Shown piece after piece: positions 1 to 8,489 of a stretch of DNA of 29,226 bases. The DNA is taken from the NCBI GenBank assembly GCA_964459535.1, contig CAYWNJ010000001.1, forward strand, positions 1 through 29,226. Direction: 5' to 3'. The notes beneath the pieces are model-generated. The model had not been told where the DNA came from. It saw nothing but the letters and a program-made list of their open reading frames with translations, and did not search any database. Numbering within the stretch: the first letter of the stretch is position 1; each line of letters starts with the position of its first letter. This DNA comes from an uncultured Rhodobacterales bacterium. Its GTDB lineage: Bacteria; Pseudomonadota; Alphaproteobacteria; Rhodobacterales; Rhodobacteraceae. The translations under genes and the position numbers were made by a program.

Positions 1-90
1 AATCGGAAAAATGAAACATTCAAATTCGCGTTCGAGGCAAAGCCGAGAGGCAGCGAATTTGAATCCAATTTGACAAAACACGCTCTAAAG
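1..90 (+). repeat. Left copy of ~100-bp MITE-like element (5' end cut by window edge)
   Basis: Aligns to 25044-25133 with 3 mismatches (positions 56, 65, 72). It has an internal perfect 11-bp inverted repeat TTCAAATTCGC (19-29) / GCGAATTTGAA (53-63) and ends ...ACAAAACACGCTC-TA at 86-87. Confidence 0.9.
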
Positions 91-108
91 GGGCTGCTCC
101 CGGGCTAG
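88..108 (+). pseudogene. rmlA: Detached last six codons and stop of rmlA (K G L L P G stop)
   Basis: AAG GGG CTG CTC CCG GGC TAG directly follows the TA at the MITE end. It is in frame with ...TAT GGG GCC TAT CTA at 25014-25028 once the MITE is removed. Confidence 0.7.
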
Positions 109-123
109 GGCTGAGGAGCCCCC
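90..123. terminator. GC-rich hairpin downstream of the parB stop, overlapping the rmlA tail and stop; possible terminator
   Basis: GGGGCTGCTC ... GAGGAGCCCC pairs at 9/10 positions. There is no strong U-tract. Confidence 0.35.
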
Positions 124-136
124 TGCCCCAGCTGGC

Positions 137-160
137 AAATGTTTCGCGCGCGAAACATTT
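137..160. promoter_or_regulatory. Perfect 24-bp palindrome, putative parS centromere
   Basis: AAATGTTTCGCGCGCGAAACATTT overlaps the parB stop. It shares the TGTTTC/GAAACA arms of the canonical parS TGTTTCACGTGAAACA. Confidence 0.7.
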
Positions 161-1163
161 ACTTCGGCAAGGACCGGCGCAGATAGTTGAGCAGATCCAT
201 GCGCAGCTCATAGCTCATCTGCTTGCCCGACAGGCGCAGCCAGGTGCCGCTGGCATCCCACTCAGCCTCTAGGTCTTTGGCCACCGGACGCCGCGATACC
301 GCATCTGGCTTGGCGGGCGCTTTGGCCTCCGGCGGCGCGATACGTGCGGCAGACTCGGCCATCATTTTGGTCAGCAGCGCGGCTTCGGCTTCTGCGCTTT
401 GGGGCTTGGCCCCCAAAAGCGCCGCAGACGCCCGCCAAAACAACTCTGGATCCGCCTCAAGCGCTGCGGAAAGACGCAGGCCCAACCGCTCTCCGATCAT
501 ATGGGGAAAGCGCAGCGCCCCGTCGAGCCCGTTCACCACCGGCAGGAAGGACCGGATCTTGGACCGTTTCGCCCGCGAGGCCGAGCGGAAGAGCGTGAGC
601 AGCGCGGCCTTTTCACTCTCAAACACCCCCTGGCGCACCGCCTCTGCCGCAATGCGCGCCCGCTCGTAATAGCTGAGCCCCACACGAATCTCGTTTTCCT
701 CGACCATGGCGAGATAGGTCTCGGACGCCTCGACCGGCGCGCGCAACAGGGCAAGCACCTGGCCCGAATGTTGCCCCGCCTCTGCCAGCTGGGCGATCGC
801 GGTGCAGCGCCGCCAGCCCGAGATCAGACCATAGCCTCCCGTATCCGTCTTGAGTACCTCGATTGGGGTCTGTTGCCCGCGCTCTGCGATCGACTGGCGC
901 AGGGCTGCCATGTCATCCTCTTGGACCACCACCCGGTCGCGCACGATGTGATCCAGAACAATCTCTGCCACCGGCAAAGACAGCACCATCCGCCCCGACA
1001 CCCGCGCCGCCTGCAGCTCTTGGACCACATCAGAGAGCGCCGCGCTTTGCGCAGCATCCGCCGCCACATCTGCAATGGGGGCCCGGGCAAGGGCCGACTT
1101 GGTCTCGGGCGCGGCCCCGAACATCTCGGGGTTGGCGGGGCTGAGGCGTTTGCGTTTGGCCAT
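159..1163 (-). CDS. parB: ParB-family plasmid partition protein
   Basis: 334 aa with a ParB N-terminal motif (LRQSIAERGQQTPIEV...GYGLISGWRR). It lies directly downstream of parA and has an AAGGAG RBS. Confidence 0.9.
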   Translation of the reverse strand: MAKRKRLSPANPEMFGAAPETKSALARAPIADVAADAAQSAALSDVVQELQAARVSGRMVLSLPVAEIVLDHIVRDRVVVQEDDMAALRQSIAERGQQTPIEVLKTDTGGYGLISGWRRCTAIAQLAEAGQHSGQVLALLRAPVEASETYLAMVEENEIRVGLSYYERARIAAEAVRQGVFESEKAALLTLFRSASRAKRSKIRSFLPVVNGLDGALRFPHMIGERLGLRLSAALEADPELFWRASAALLGAKPQSAEAEAALLTKMMAESAARIAPPEAKAPAKPDAVSRRPVAKDLEAEWDASGTWLRLSGKQMSYELRMDLLNYLRRSLPK

Positions 1164-1199
1164 GTCAGTCTCCTTTATCAGGACAAAAGGGCAGGGTGG

Positions 1200-2591
1200 T
1201 TAACCTTTCCCTAGCTCCGCGTGCGCATCCCGGTGCCAGGCGCCCACCAAAAGCTGTTTGAACGCGGCATAGGTCGCATCAAAGGTTTCGCGCCCGCGCA
1301 CATAGGTCTCGCGGTTAAAATCGCGGTAATTGGCCTCGTAGATGCCTTGCACCTGTTCGCCCGCCTGCCCGATGAGCGCGGTAAAATCCTGGCGATGCGG
1401 GGACAGGGTGGGGCCGAGATAGGCCTGGATCAGCGCCGCCAGCTCGGCCTGCTGGGTGCCGTCATAGCGGGTGATGACCGCGCGCACCGCATCCCATTCA
1501 AATTGCAGCCCTTCCCGGCCCAAGGCGCGGGCGGCGACATTCTCGACCTCCTCGATCGAGCCGAACGTGGCGTGCAGCATGTCAAAGAACCGGCCCGTGC
1601 TGTCAAATTCCAAAAACGAAGCGCCGAGCGGGACGAGCAAGATATCCGCCGCCGCCAGCCCATTGATGGTCAGATAGCCCAGGGCAGGGGGCGTATCGAG
1701 GAAGATCACATCATAATCTGACAGAACCCCATCCGCCTCCAGACTGTCCGTCAGCGCATCCCACAGCTTCCAGCCTCGCGCGGCCATGCGCCAAACCGGG
1801 ATCTGAAACTCGGCCCAATAGAGGTTCAGCTGGGCGCCGATCAGGTCGATATTGGGCCAATGGGTCTTTTGAATAAGATCGGGCGCGCGGATCTCCAACG
1901 CTTCGGTGAGCGTGTCATCCAGCGGGGCAGGGGCCTCGCCCCGGTCCAGCCGGCGCTGGTTCTCGGTGCGCAGATGCTGGGCGTAATGCCGGGCCATGAG
2001 CGGAAAGACGGTTTGCCATTCGTCCTGCACCTGGCCCCCAAAGATCGAGGTCATCGATCCTTGGCTGTCCAGATCCACCACCAGCACCTTATAGCCATCG
2101 AGCGCCGCCGACATGGCCAGATGGGCCGCCGTGCTGGTCTTGCCCACACCGCCCTTGAAATTGGCCACCGCCACCAGTTTGGCAGGCAGGTCTTTGGGAC
2201 GGTAGGGCAGGTACTCTTTGGCCTTAGAGCCCTCTTGGCCGAAATGCGCCTTAAGCCGCAGCACCTCGTCAAAGCTAAACCATTTGGCGCCGCCATCGGT
2301 TTCTGAACGCCCTTGGGGCAGGTCCGGGTTTTGCTTCAGCACCCGGCGAAAATGGCCTGTGGCGACGGGGATCAAATAGCGGGTGATCTCCCATGTCGAG
2401 AATAGCCGCAGCTGCCGGTCTGTCCCGGCCTGCAGTCCGCGCGATGTCAGATCGGTGCGCCCCTGGGCACAGGCTGCCGCGATCTGGGCAAAATCATCGG
2501 TGCTGGCGCTGGTGCCAAGGCTGGCTTGCGCCTCTGCAGGGTTGATGTTGAAATAGGGCGGAGGGGTTTGTGGGGCAGGTTTGCGTTGCAT
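1200..2591 (-). CDS. parA: ParA-family partition ATPase with N-terminal extension
   Basis: 463 aa with deviant Walker A VANFKGGVGKTST, DLDSQGS and DTPPALG motifs. Confidence 0.93.
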   Translation of the reverse strand: MQRKPAPQTPPPYFNINPAEAQASLGTSASTDDFAQIAAACAQGRTDLTSRGLQAGTDRQLRLFSTWEITRYLIPVATGHFRRVLKQNPDLPQGRSETDGGAKWFSFDEVLRLKAHFGQEGSKAKEYLPYRPKDLPAKLVAVANFKGGVGKTSTAAHLAMSAALDGYKVLVVDLDSQGSMTSIFGGQVQDEWQTVFPLMARHYAQHLRTENQRRLDRGEAPAPLDDTLTEALEIRAPDLIQKTHWPNIDLIGAQLNLYWAEFQIPVWRMAARGWKLWDALTDSLEADGVLSDYDVIFLDTPPALGYLTINGLAAADILLVPLGASFLEFDSTGRFFDMLHATFGSIEEVENVAARALGREGLQFEWDAVRAVITRYDGTQQAELAALIQAYLGPTLSPHRQDFTALIGQAGEQVQGIYEANYRDFNRETYVRGRETFDATYAAFKQLLVGAWHRDAHAELGKG

Positions 2592-2756
2592 GATCTGGAT
2601 CGCCTGTTTGCGCCTATGTGCGTTCTTTTCCCAAAGTTAGCACAAAATAGCCAACATGGAAAGAAAGATGCAGCACGCCCTGGTTTTTCTAAGTAAATCA
2701 GTCTTTTCCATAAGAACTTCCCTTGGGATCTATGGGCTGGTTTTGCAGCTGGTGGA

Positions 2757-2857
2757 AAAAATATGATGTTAAATTCTGTTATATTTTAAGTTAAGGGCTA
2801 AACCTGTTTGACCCATAACATTGAAATAACGTAATTTTTTGGACTTTCTTTTTCTTT
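2757..2857. other. AT-rich tract next to the iterons (candidate DNA-unwinding element)
   Basis: Visibly A/T-rich sequence inside an otherwise GC-rich module, immediately left of the iterons. Confidence 0.6.
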
Positions 2858-2916
2858 GAGCGACTCTGATCCCCCGATAGAGCGACTCTGATCCCCCATT
2901 AAAGCGACTCTGATCC
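2858..2916 (+). repeat. Three iterons of the plasmid origin
   Basis: AGCGACTCTGATCC occurs at 2859, 2881 and 2903, an exact 22-bp period. Copies 1 and 2 share 18 bp. Confidence 0.9.
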
Positions 2917-2941
2917 GGCGTTCACATCGCTGGACGAGGGC

Positions 2942-2950
2942 TGTGGATAA
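2942..2950 (-). promoter_or_regulatory. DnaA box
   Basis: TGTGGATAA is the reverse complement of the consensus TTATCCACA. It lies between the iterons and the rep start. Confidence 0.85.
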
Positions 2951-3032
2951 CTCTAGGCTGGTGTCACTGAAACCCCGAAGAATCGGGCCCTCATGATCGG
3001 GGCTAACAATCGGCGAAGGCACGAGCAGAGCC

Positions 3033-4046
3033 ATGACCCAAGCAGACGGGCGCTTGCCCGACCGTCATCCCACAGGTGATTTTTTCATCTGCGATATCTT
3101 TGGGGCCGCGCCCAAGGATGATCTGGGCTCGATGGAGCACCCTATCTTTTCGCTTAGCACCCGGCCTGACCGGCGGGTGCTGAGCTATGCCCATAATGGC
3201 ACAGAGGTCACGGTGACCCCGTCTGTGCGCGGGCGGGCCACGATCTATGACAAGGATATCTTGATCTATTGCATCAGCCAGCTTGTCGCGGCGCTGAATG
3301 CGGGTCGCGCGGTCTCGCGCCGGCTTACGCTCAAGGCGCATGACCTTTTGGTGGCCACCAATCGGGACACGGGCGGGGACAGCTATGTGCGGCTGCGCGA
3401 GGCCTTTGAGCGGCTGGCGGGCACGCGTATCACCACCAACATAGCCACCGGCGGGGCTGAGACAACCGCCGGTTTTGGTCTGATCGAGAGCTGGCAGATC
3501 CAGCGCCGCACCAAGGGTGGGCGGATGATCTCGGTGTCGGTGGTGCTGTCGGAATGGCTCTTTCGTGCGGTGGAGGCGCGGGCGGTGCTCACGCTCAGCC
3601 GGGACTATTTTCGCCTCCGTAAACCGCTGGAGCGGCGGATCTACGAGCTGTGCAGAAAGCATTGCGGGCGCCAGCCGGATTGGCGTGTGAGCGTTGCGAT
3701 TTTGCACAAAAAGGCGGGCAGCGCCGCGCCTTTGCGCGTCTTCCGCGCGGCCCTGCGGGGGATTATTGCGGCGCAAACCTTGCCCGATTACCAGCTTGAA
3801 GAAGGGCCAGGCGACATGCTGCATGTGCGCCCTCACCGCCTGATTGAACCAGATGCCGCTGCCCCGCGCCCCAGTGCCGAGGCGCTGGAGGCCGCCCGCG
3901 CGCTAGCCCCTGGCTGGGATGTCTACGCGCTTGAGGCCGATTGGCGCGCCTTCTGGGCCGCCTCTGGGCGGGTGCGCCTCAGCTCAGTGGACAAAGCGTT
4001 TCTGGGCTGGGTCTCTTTTTATGTCTCGAAGAGGGGCGACTTGTGA
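3033..4046 (+). CDS. repA: Replication initiator protein A (RPA family; roseobacter RepA-type replicase)
   Basis: 337 aa with characteristic motifs DFFICDIF..PKDD..SMEHPIFSLS, ATIYDKDILIYCISQ and YFRLRKPLERRIYELCRKHCG. It is divergent from parAB with the iterons in between. Confidence 0.92.
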   Translation: MTQADGRLPDRHPTGDFFICDIFGAAPKDDLGSMEHPIFSLSTRPDRRVLSYAHNGTEVTVTPSVRGRATIYDKDILIYCISQLVAALNAGRAVSRRLTLKAHDLLVATNRDTGGDSYVRLREAFERLAGTRITTNIATGGAETTAGFGLIESWQIQRRTKGGRMISVSVVLSEWLFRAVEARAVLTLSRDYFRLRKPLERRIYELCRKHCGRQPDWRVSVAILHKKAGSAAPLRVFRAALRGIIAAQTLPDYQLEEGPGDMLHVRPHRLIEPDAAAPRPSAEALEAARALAPGWDVYALEADWRAFWAASGRVRLSSVDKAFLGWVSFYVSKRGDL

Positions 4047-4124
4047 CCGCTCAGGCTGTAACGTATTATTTGAAATATCTCATGCGAGAACCAGCGCGGC
4101 GGGCGTTCTAAGAGGGGACAGGGT

Positions 4125-6599
4125 TTGCCCAACAGATCGGCTCCTCTAACGCGTATTTGGCGCATCTTTCAGCGTTACGCTATTGGGCGTTTGCAGTTAA
4201 AGTTACCAACCGGCCCCCTGAAAGGGGGCGGGCATGTGGATAGCGTTATTGTGAAAGGTGGACGCCTGTACCTGGAAGGCTGGGGTATGGGTGATCGCAT
4301 AGGATTACGCCAAGGCCGTGCAACCACTTGGGCCGTACCACATATAAACAAACCAGGGAGTTCCGAGCGCGGTTTTGCTGTCGATCAGCCCTTTGAGCCA
4401 GGCCCCTTTTCGGTCTTAGTCCAACAAGACGGGACTGTGGTTGAAACAAGCTTTTCCGGAGTGACGCATTGGGCTTACGGCCTGCGCCGGTCGCTGCTGT
4501 TGGGGCCTTATCTTGTTGATATCATCCGAGCACTGCCTTTGATATGGCGCTGGCTGTACCGTGGGGAAATGGGCGCGCGGGAAACGCTCAAAGAACGGCT
4601 TTATCTTGTGCCGATCCGTGCTGCCGTGCAGATGCACTCTACTGTGGTGTTGGCCGATGATGCGCCATCTGTAATCGCCCGCCCCGCGGCGCTGATATTG
4701 CCGGTTTACAACGGTTTTGATGTACTCCCAGAGACGTTGCGCCGGATAGCGGCGCATTCTGGAGAGAATTGGAAACTCATCCTCATTGAGGATTGTTCGC
4801 CCGATCCTCAAATCCGCCCCTTTCTGCGTGCATGGTGTGCCGAAAACGCAGACCGGGTGGATCTCGTAGAAAATTCTGAGAACCTTGGTTTCATTGGGTC
4901 TGTGAATGTTGGTCTGTCCCTGGCGGCGCAACAGGCACCAGGCGATCCAGTGGTGTTGGTGAACGCGGATGCTTGGGTGCCGCCCGGATGGTTACCGCGC
5001 CTGCTGGCCCCGCTGGAGGATGTGACGGTTGCCTCGGTTACGCCGCTTTCAAATGATGCAGAGCTGTATTGCGTCCCCACACTCTGCCAACCCCATGCGC
5101 TCGCCGACGGAATGGTAGATCGGCTCGACGTTGCTGCGCAAACCCTACGCCCAGCACACGATATCGACATTCCGACCGGTGTGGGTTTTTGTATGGCGCT
5201 TGCGCCCCATTTTTTGGCACAGGTGCCGAATTTTGATCCAGCTTTCGGCCGGGGCTATGGTGAAGAGGTCGATTGGTGCCAGAAAACCCGTGCCTTGGGT
5301 GGACGGCATGTCGCAGCTGTGAATCTTTTTGTGGAACACCGTGGTGGGGCCTCTTTTGGGCAGACGCAAAAGACGCTTCTTTTGGCGCGTAACGGCGCTG
5401 AAATTAGCCGGCGCTATCCAAGCTATGATGCGCAGGTACAGGATTTTATTCGCTCTGACCCGTTGGTGACATTTCGCCTAGCGCTTGGGTTAGACTGGGC
5501 CGCATTATCTCAAAAAGGCGATGCGGTGCCGATCTATCTGGCGCATGCGATGGGTGGTGGGGCCGAGGCCTGGCTGCAACGCCGCCTTAAGGAACATACG
5601 CAGATGGGCGATGCCGCGGTCGTGCTGCGTGTCGGCCTAGGGCGACGCTGGAACATTGAACTGCATTCAGAGTTGGGTATGACCCAAGGGCTGACGGATG
5701 AAACAGAGCTGGTACGCACATTGCTACATCGTCTGCCCCGTCGGCGGATAATTTACTCCTGTGGGGTTGGCATGCGCGAGGCGCATCAGTTGCCAGGCAT
5801 CTTGTGTGAGCTGGCATCAAATGGTGAGCACCGCTTGGAGGTTTTGTTCCACGATTTTTTTCCGATCAGCCCGTCTTACACTTTGCTGGGCGAGGATGGG
5901 GGTTATCGTGGGGTGCCGCGCGGAGGCAGTCCGAGTGAGAATGATCACGCTCATAGCTTCGATGCTCCAAATGAACGTATCTCGCTGGCACATTGGCAAG
6001 CGAGCTGGGGAGAACTCATAACCGCGGCGCATCGAATCACAGTTTTTTCTCAGAGCAGTGCCGCGATTGTCAGGCAGGTTTGGCCCGAGGCGGCCCCACG
6101 CATTCAGGTCCGCCCCCACACCTTACACAGCCCACTGTTGCCTGTTGCGTCAGCCACTGACGCGAGGACGCTTACGATCGCCGCTTTGGGCAACATAGGG
6201 GCACAAAAAGGGGCCGGTGTCCTAGAGCAATTGAGCCGGAAGCTTGCACAGCGAAATGACTTACGTTTGGTCATTATTGGGCATATCGACCCCAGCTATA
6301 GCCTATCTAAGCCTGGGATTGTTCACGGATCTTATGAGCCCAAAGACATTCCGGCTTTGATCCAACGCTACCAAATTTCGGGCTGGATTATCCCGTCCAT
6401 TTGGCCCGAGACCTTTTCATTTACCACCCATGAGGCAATAGCGACCGGTCTGCCGGTGCTGGTATTTGACTTGGGTGCCCAAGCCGATGCTGTGGCAGAT
6501 ATAGACCAAGGATATGTGCTGCCACTTGATGCAATCGAAGAGGGGTTAGAGCCTGATTTCCTCTGTGACATCTTACGGCGAGGCAGACAGACGCCATGA
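4125..6599 (+). CDS. Multidomain glycosyltransferase (GT2 domain plus C-terminal GT-B/GT4-like domain), candidate capsule polymerase
   Basis: GT2 motifs LILPVYNG, LILIEDCSPD, ENLGFIGSVN, VLVNADAWV and GYGEEVDWC. C-terminal IPSIWPETFSFTTHEA..TGLPV. TTG start with GAGGGG 7 nt upstream. Confidence 0.85.
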   Translation: MPNRSAPLTRIWRIFQRYAIGRLQLKLPTGPLKGGGHVDSVIVKGGRLYLEGWGMGDRIGLRQGRATTWAVPHINKPGSSERGFAVDQPFEPGPFSVLVQQDGTVVETSFSGVTHWAYGLRRSLLLGPYLVDIIRALPLIWRWLYRGEMGARETLKERLYLVPIRAAVQMHSTVVLADDAPSVIARPAALILPVYNGFDVLPETLRRIAAHSGENWKLILIEDCSPDPQIRPFLRAWCAENADRVDLVENSENLGFIGSVNVGLSLAAQQAPGDPVVLVNADAWVPPGWLPRLLAPLEDVTVASVTPLSNDAELYCVPTLCQPHALADGMVDRLDVAAQTLRPAHDIDIPTGVGFCMALAPHFLAQVPNFDPAFGRGYGEEVDWCQKTRALGGRHVAAVNLFVEHRGGASFGQTQKTLLLARNGAEISRRYPSYDAQVQDFIRSDPLVTFRLALGLDWAALSQKGDAVPIYLAHAMGGGAEAWLQRRLKEHTQMGDAAVVLRVGLGRRWNIELHSELGMTQGLTDETELVRTLLHRLPRRRIIYSCGVGMREAHQLPGILCELASNGEHRLEVLFHDFFPISPSYTLLGEDGGYRGVPRGGSPSENDHAHSFDAPNERISLAHWQASWGELITAAHRITVFSQSSAAIVRQVWPEAAPRIQVRPHTLHSPLLPVASATDARTLTIAALGNIGAQKGAGVLEQLSRKLAQRNDLRLVIIGHIDPSYSLSKPGIVHGSYEPKDIPALIQRYQISGWIIPSIWPETFSFTTHEAIATGLPVLVFDLGAQADAVADIDQGYVLPLDAIEEGLEPDFLCDILRRGRQTP

Positions 6600-7795
6600 G
6601 CACCAAGCGCAGCATGCTAATTCATATTGGGGCTCCAAAATGTGGCTCCTCGGCCCTACAATATACTCTGAGCCAGGATCCAATTTTGAATTCCCCAGAG
6701 CGCCCCGAACATCGCTACATGTCTGTTCTGTCTGGTGAGGGCGGGTTGGAATTGTTATCTGGCGCGGCGCTGACCCGATATGCTGAAACAACGCCATTTG
6801 GTTATACCAGCTTTCCGGATTTTGACCCCAAGCAAGACCCCGCCCCGATTGCCGAAGCCATCATGCAGGCTCATAGGTTGGGCCAGGAAGAAAATTTCAT
6901 ACCGATCCTTTCTTCGGAGGGTTGGATCAACGCGCCAGGTATTTTTGCTGATATTTTGGCTGATATGAGCTACCCAAGGGTCGATGTTGTCGTCTTTTTG
7001 CGGGCTCCGGCAGAGTGGCTGAACTCGGCTTATTGGCAATGGGGCGTTTGGCTAGAAGGCAGTGTTGCCGACTGGTTGCGGCAGGGTGGGATACGCTATG
7101 ATTTTGGTCATCAGTTGAAGTTATGGAGCCGGCTGCCCCATGTGCGGCTGCATGTGCGCATGACCCATGGCGATGTTTTGGGCCAATTTACTGATGCAAC
7201 AGGCGTGCGGCTGAAAAAAACGGGGCAACGCAATACAGCCTCTCCGCGCAGTTTGATCGGTGTGTTGCGGCGGAACCGGGTTTTTCGCGTCGATGGTCAT
7301 GACAGCAAAACAGAGTTCGTTTTCCAGCGATGGTGCCGGGTGGATCTTGGGCCCAGTCTGTGGGCCTTTGATGCTGAACACATGTCTGAATTGGCGACCC
7401 AGCACATGAGCGAACTGGCCCTTTTAGAACCTTTCGTGAGCGCCTCAGACATTCAGGCCCTTGCTCACAGCCCGCCACATGTCCCAACCACAGAAGACGA
7501 TTTTCGCGTGGCCAGTGAGCTGTACACACTGCATTCCGCCTTGCTTCAAGGTGTGAGCCGCGCCTGTGCAGCAGCTAAGCGTCCCGCGCCAGATCTTCCG
7601 GCACTTCCCCCTCAGAAGGAGCGGATTATCGCCATCGAAGACATCTCCGCTTGGGATGAATGTATTTGCCGTGCACTGGAGGCTCTTCTAGCGGCGGACG
7701 CCGCTGCACGCATTATGCCCAACAGAATCGCAGCTCAAATTAAGGCACGCACACGCCGACTGTTTAATCGGATGCAAAAGTGGACCAATGGCTGA
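6596..7795 (+). CDS. Sulfotransferase-fold (P-loop-like) protein
   Basis: N-terminal LIHIGAPKCGSSALQ resembles the 5'-PSB loop. Later ILSSEG and VVVFLRAP..WLNSAYWQ motifs. The start overlaps the upstream stop (ATGA). Confidence 0.65.
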   Translation: MSTKRSMLIHIGAPKCGSSALQYTLSQDPILNSPERPEHRYMSVLSGEGGLELLSGAALTRYAETTPFGYTSFPDFDPKQDPAPIAEAIMQAHRLGQEENFIPILSSEGWINAPGIFADILADMSYPRVDVVVFLRAPAEWLNSAYWQWGVWLEGSVADWLRQGGIRYDFGHQLKLWSRLPHVRLHVRMTHGDVLGQFTDATGVRLKKTGQRNTASPRSLIGVLRRNRVFRVDGHDSKTEFVFQRWCRVDLGPSLWAFDAEHMSELATQHMSELALLEPFVSASDIQALAHSPPHVPTTEDDFRVASELYTLHSALLQGVSRACAAAKRPAPDLPALPPQKERIIAIEDISAWDECICRALEALLAADAAARIMPNRIAAQIKARTRRLFNRMQKWTNG

Positions 7796-8489
7796 TCGCT
7801 GACCTGACCCTAGCCCCACACGGGGACGCTTTCGGGCATAGCTCTGACGAATAGCGAATAACTAAAAACGGTCCGCCCGTATTGAGCAAAGGCGAAGGCC
7901 GATCCAAGGGTGAGAACTGGTGCACACCCGAGGTGGTCGTGTTATCAAGCGCCACATTCACTTGCGCATCACCGCTCTGGCCCCAGCCAAAGCCACCGAC
8001 GCGCAGCAATTTTCCAAAACGAGTATCATGCACATTGGATTGCACAGCATCTCCGGTGATGTAGCCATCGACCACCGCCCCTTGCCCCCATCTGGTGTGG
8101 TCCGGCTGAAAGGCTGCGGATCGTAGAAGGTGCGGAGGATCAGAAAAGACCCCGGTGGGGCGTTTTCCCGACAAACATGTTTGAGGGGGAGGCATCGCAG
8201 TGGCTGAAGATAACAGCGTAACCCATTGCCCAGCAGGCGATTGGGCAAAGCCAAATCTGCCGAGAGGCGGTCAGGCGACGAAGGGGACGGTTCGAGCACA
8301 ATGGCGCGTGACCCCAAGATTATCTTGTGGCAGGCTGCGGCGAACGCGGAGATCAGCGGTTCCAATGTGCAGGGTATGTTGCCCGAAGCCGTTGAAAACC
8401 AGCTTGCTGAAACAACGTCACCTTATCGCCTTGCAGCGACACTGGCGAGTTCCTAAACAACGGTTTATAGTACCAAGATTGGAACAAAC

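Noticed and set aside
2769-2794. CtrA box in the origin region
   Set aside because: The TTAA half-sites do not have the required N7 spacing.
2858-2916. Short direct repeats as a CRISPR array
   Set aside because: The 22-bp period leaves only 8-bp spacers, there are no cas genes, and the position next to a DnaA box and repA identifies them as iterons.
3003-3836. 277-aa minus-strand ORF, and the many other long overlapping ORFs in the track (e.g. 399-1214, 1221-1721, 18861-19457, 24289-24744, 25190-25633)
   Set aside because: These are antisense or alternate-frame shadows of recognisable genes in GC-rich DNA, with no motifs of their own.
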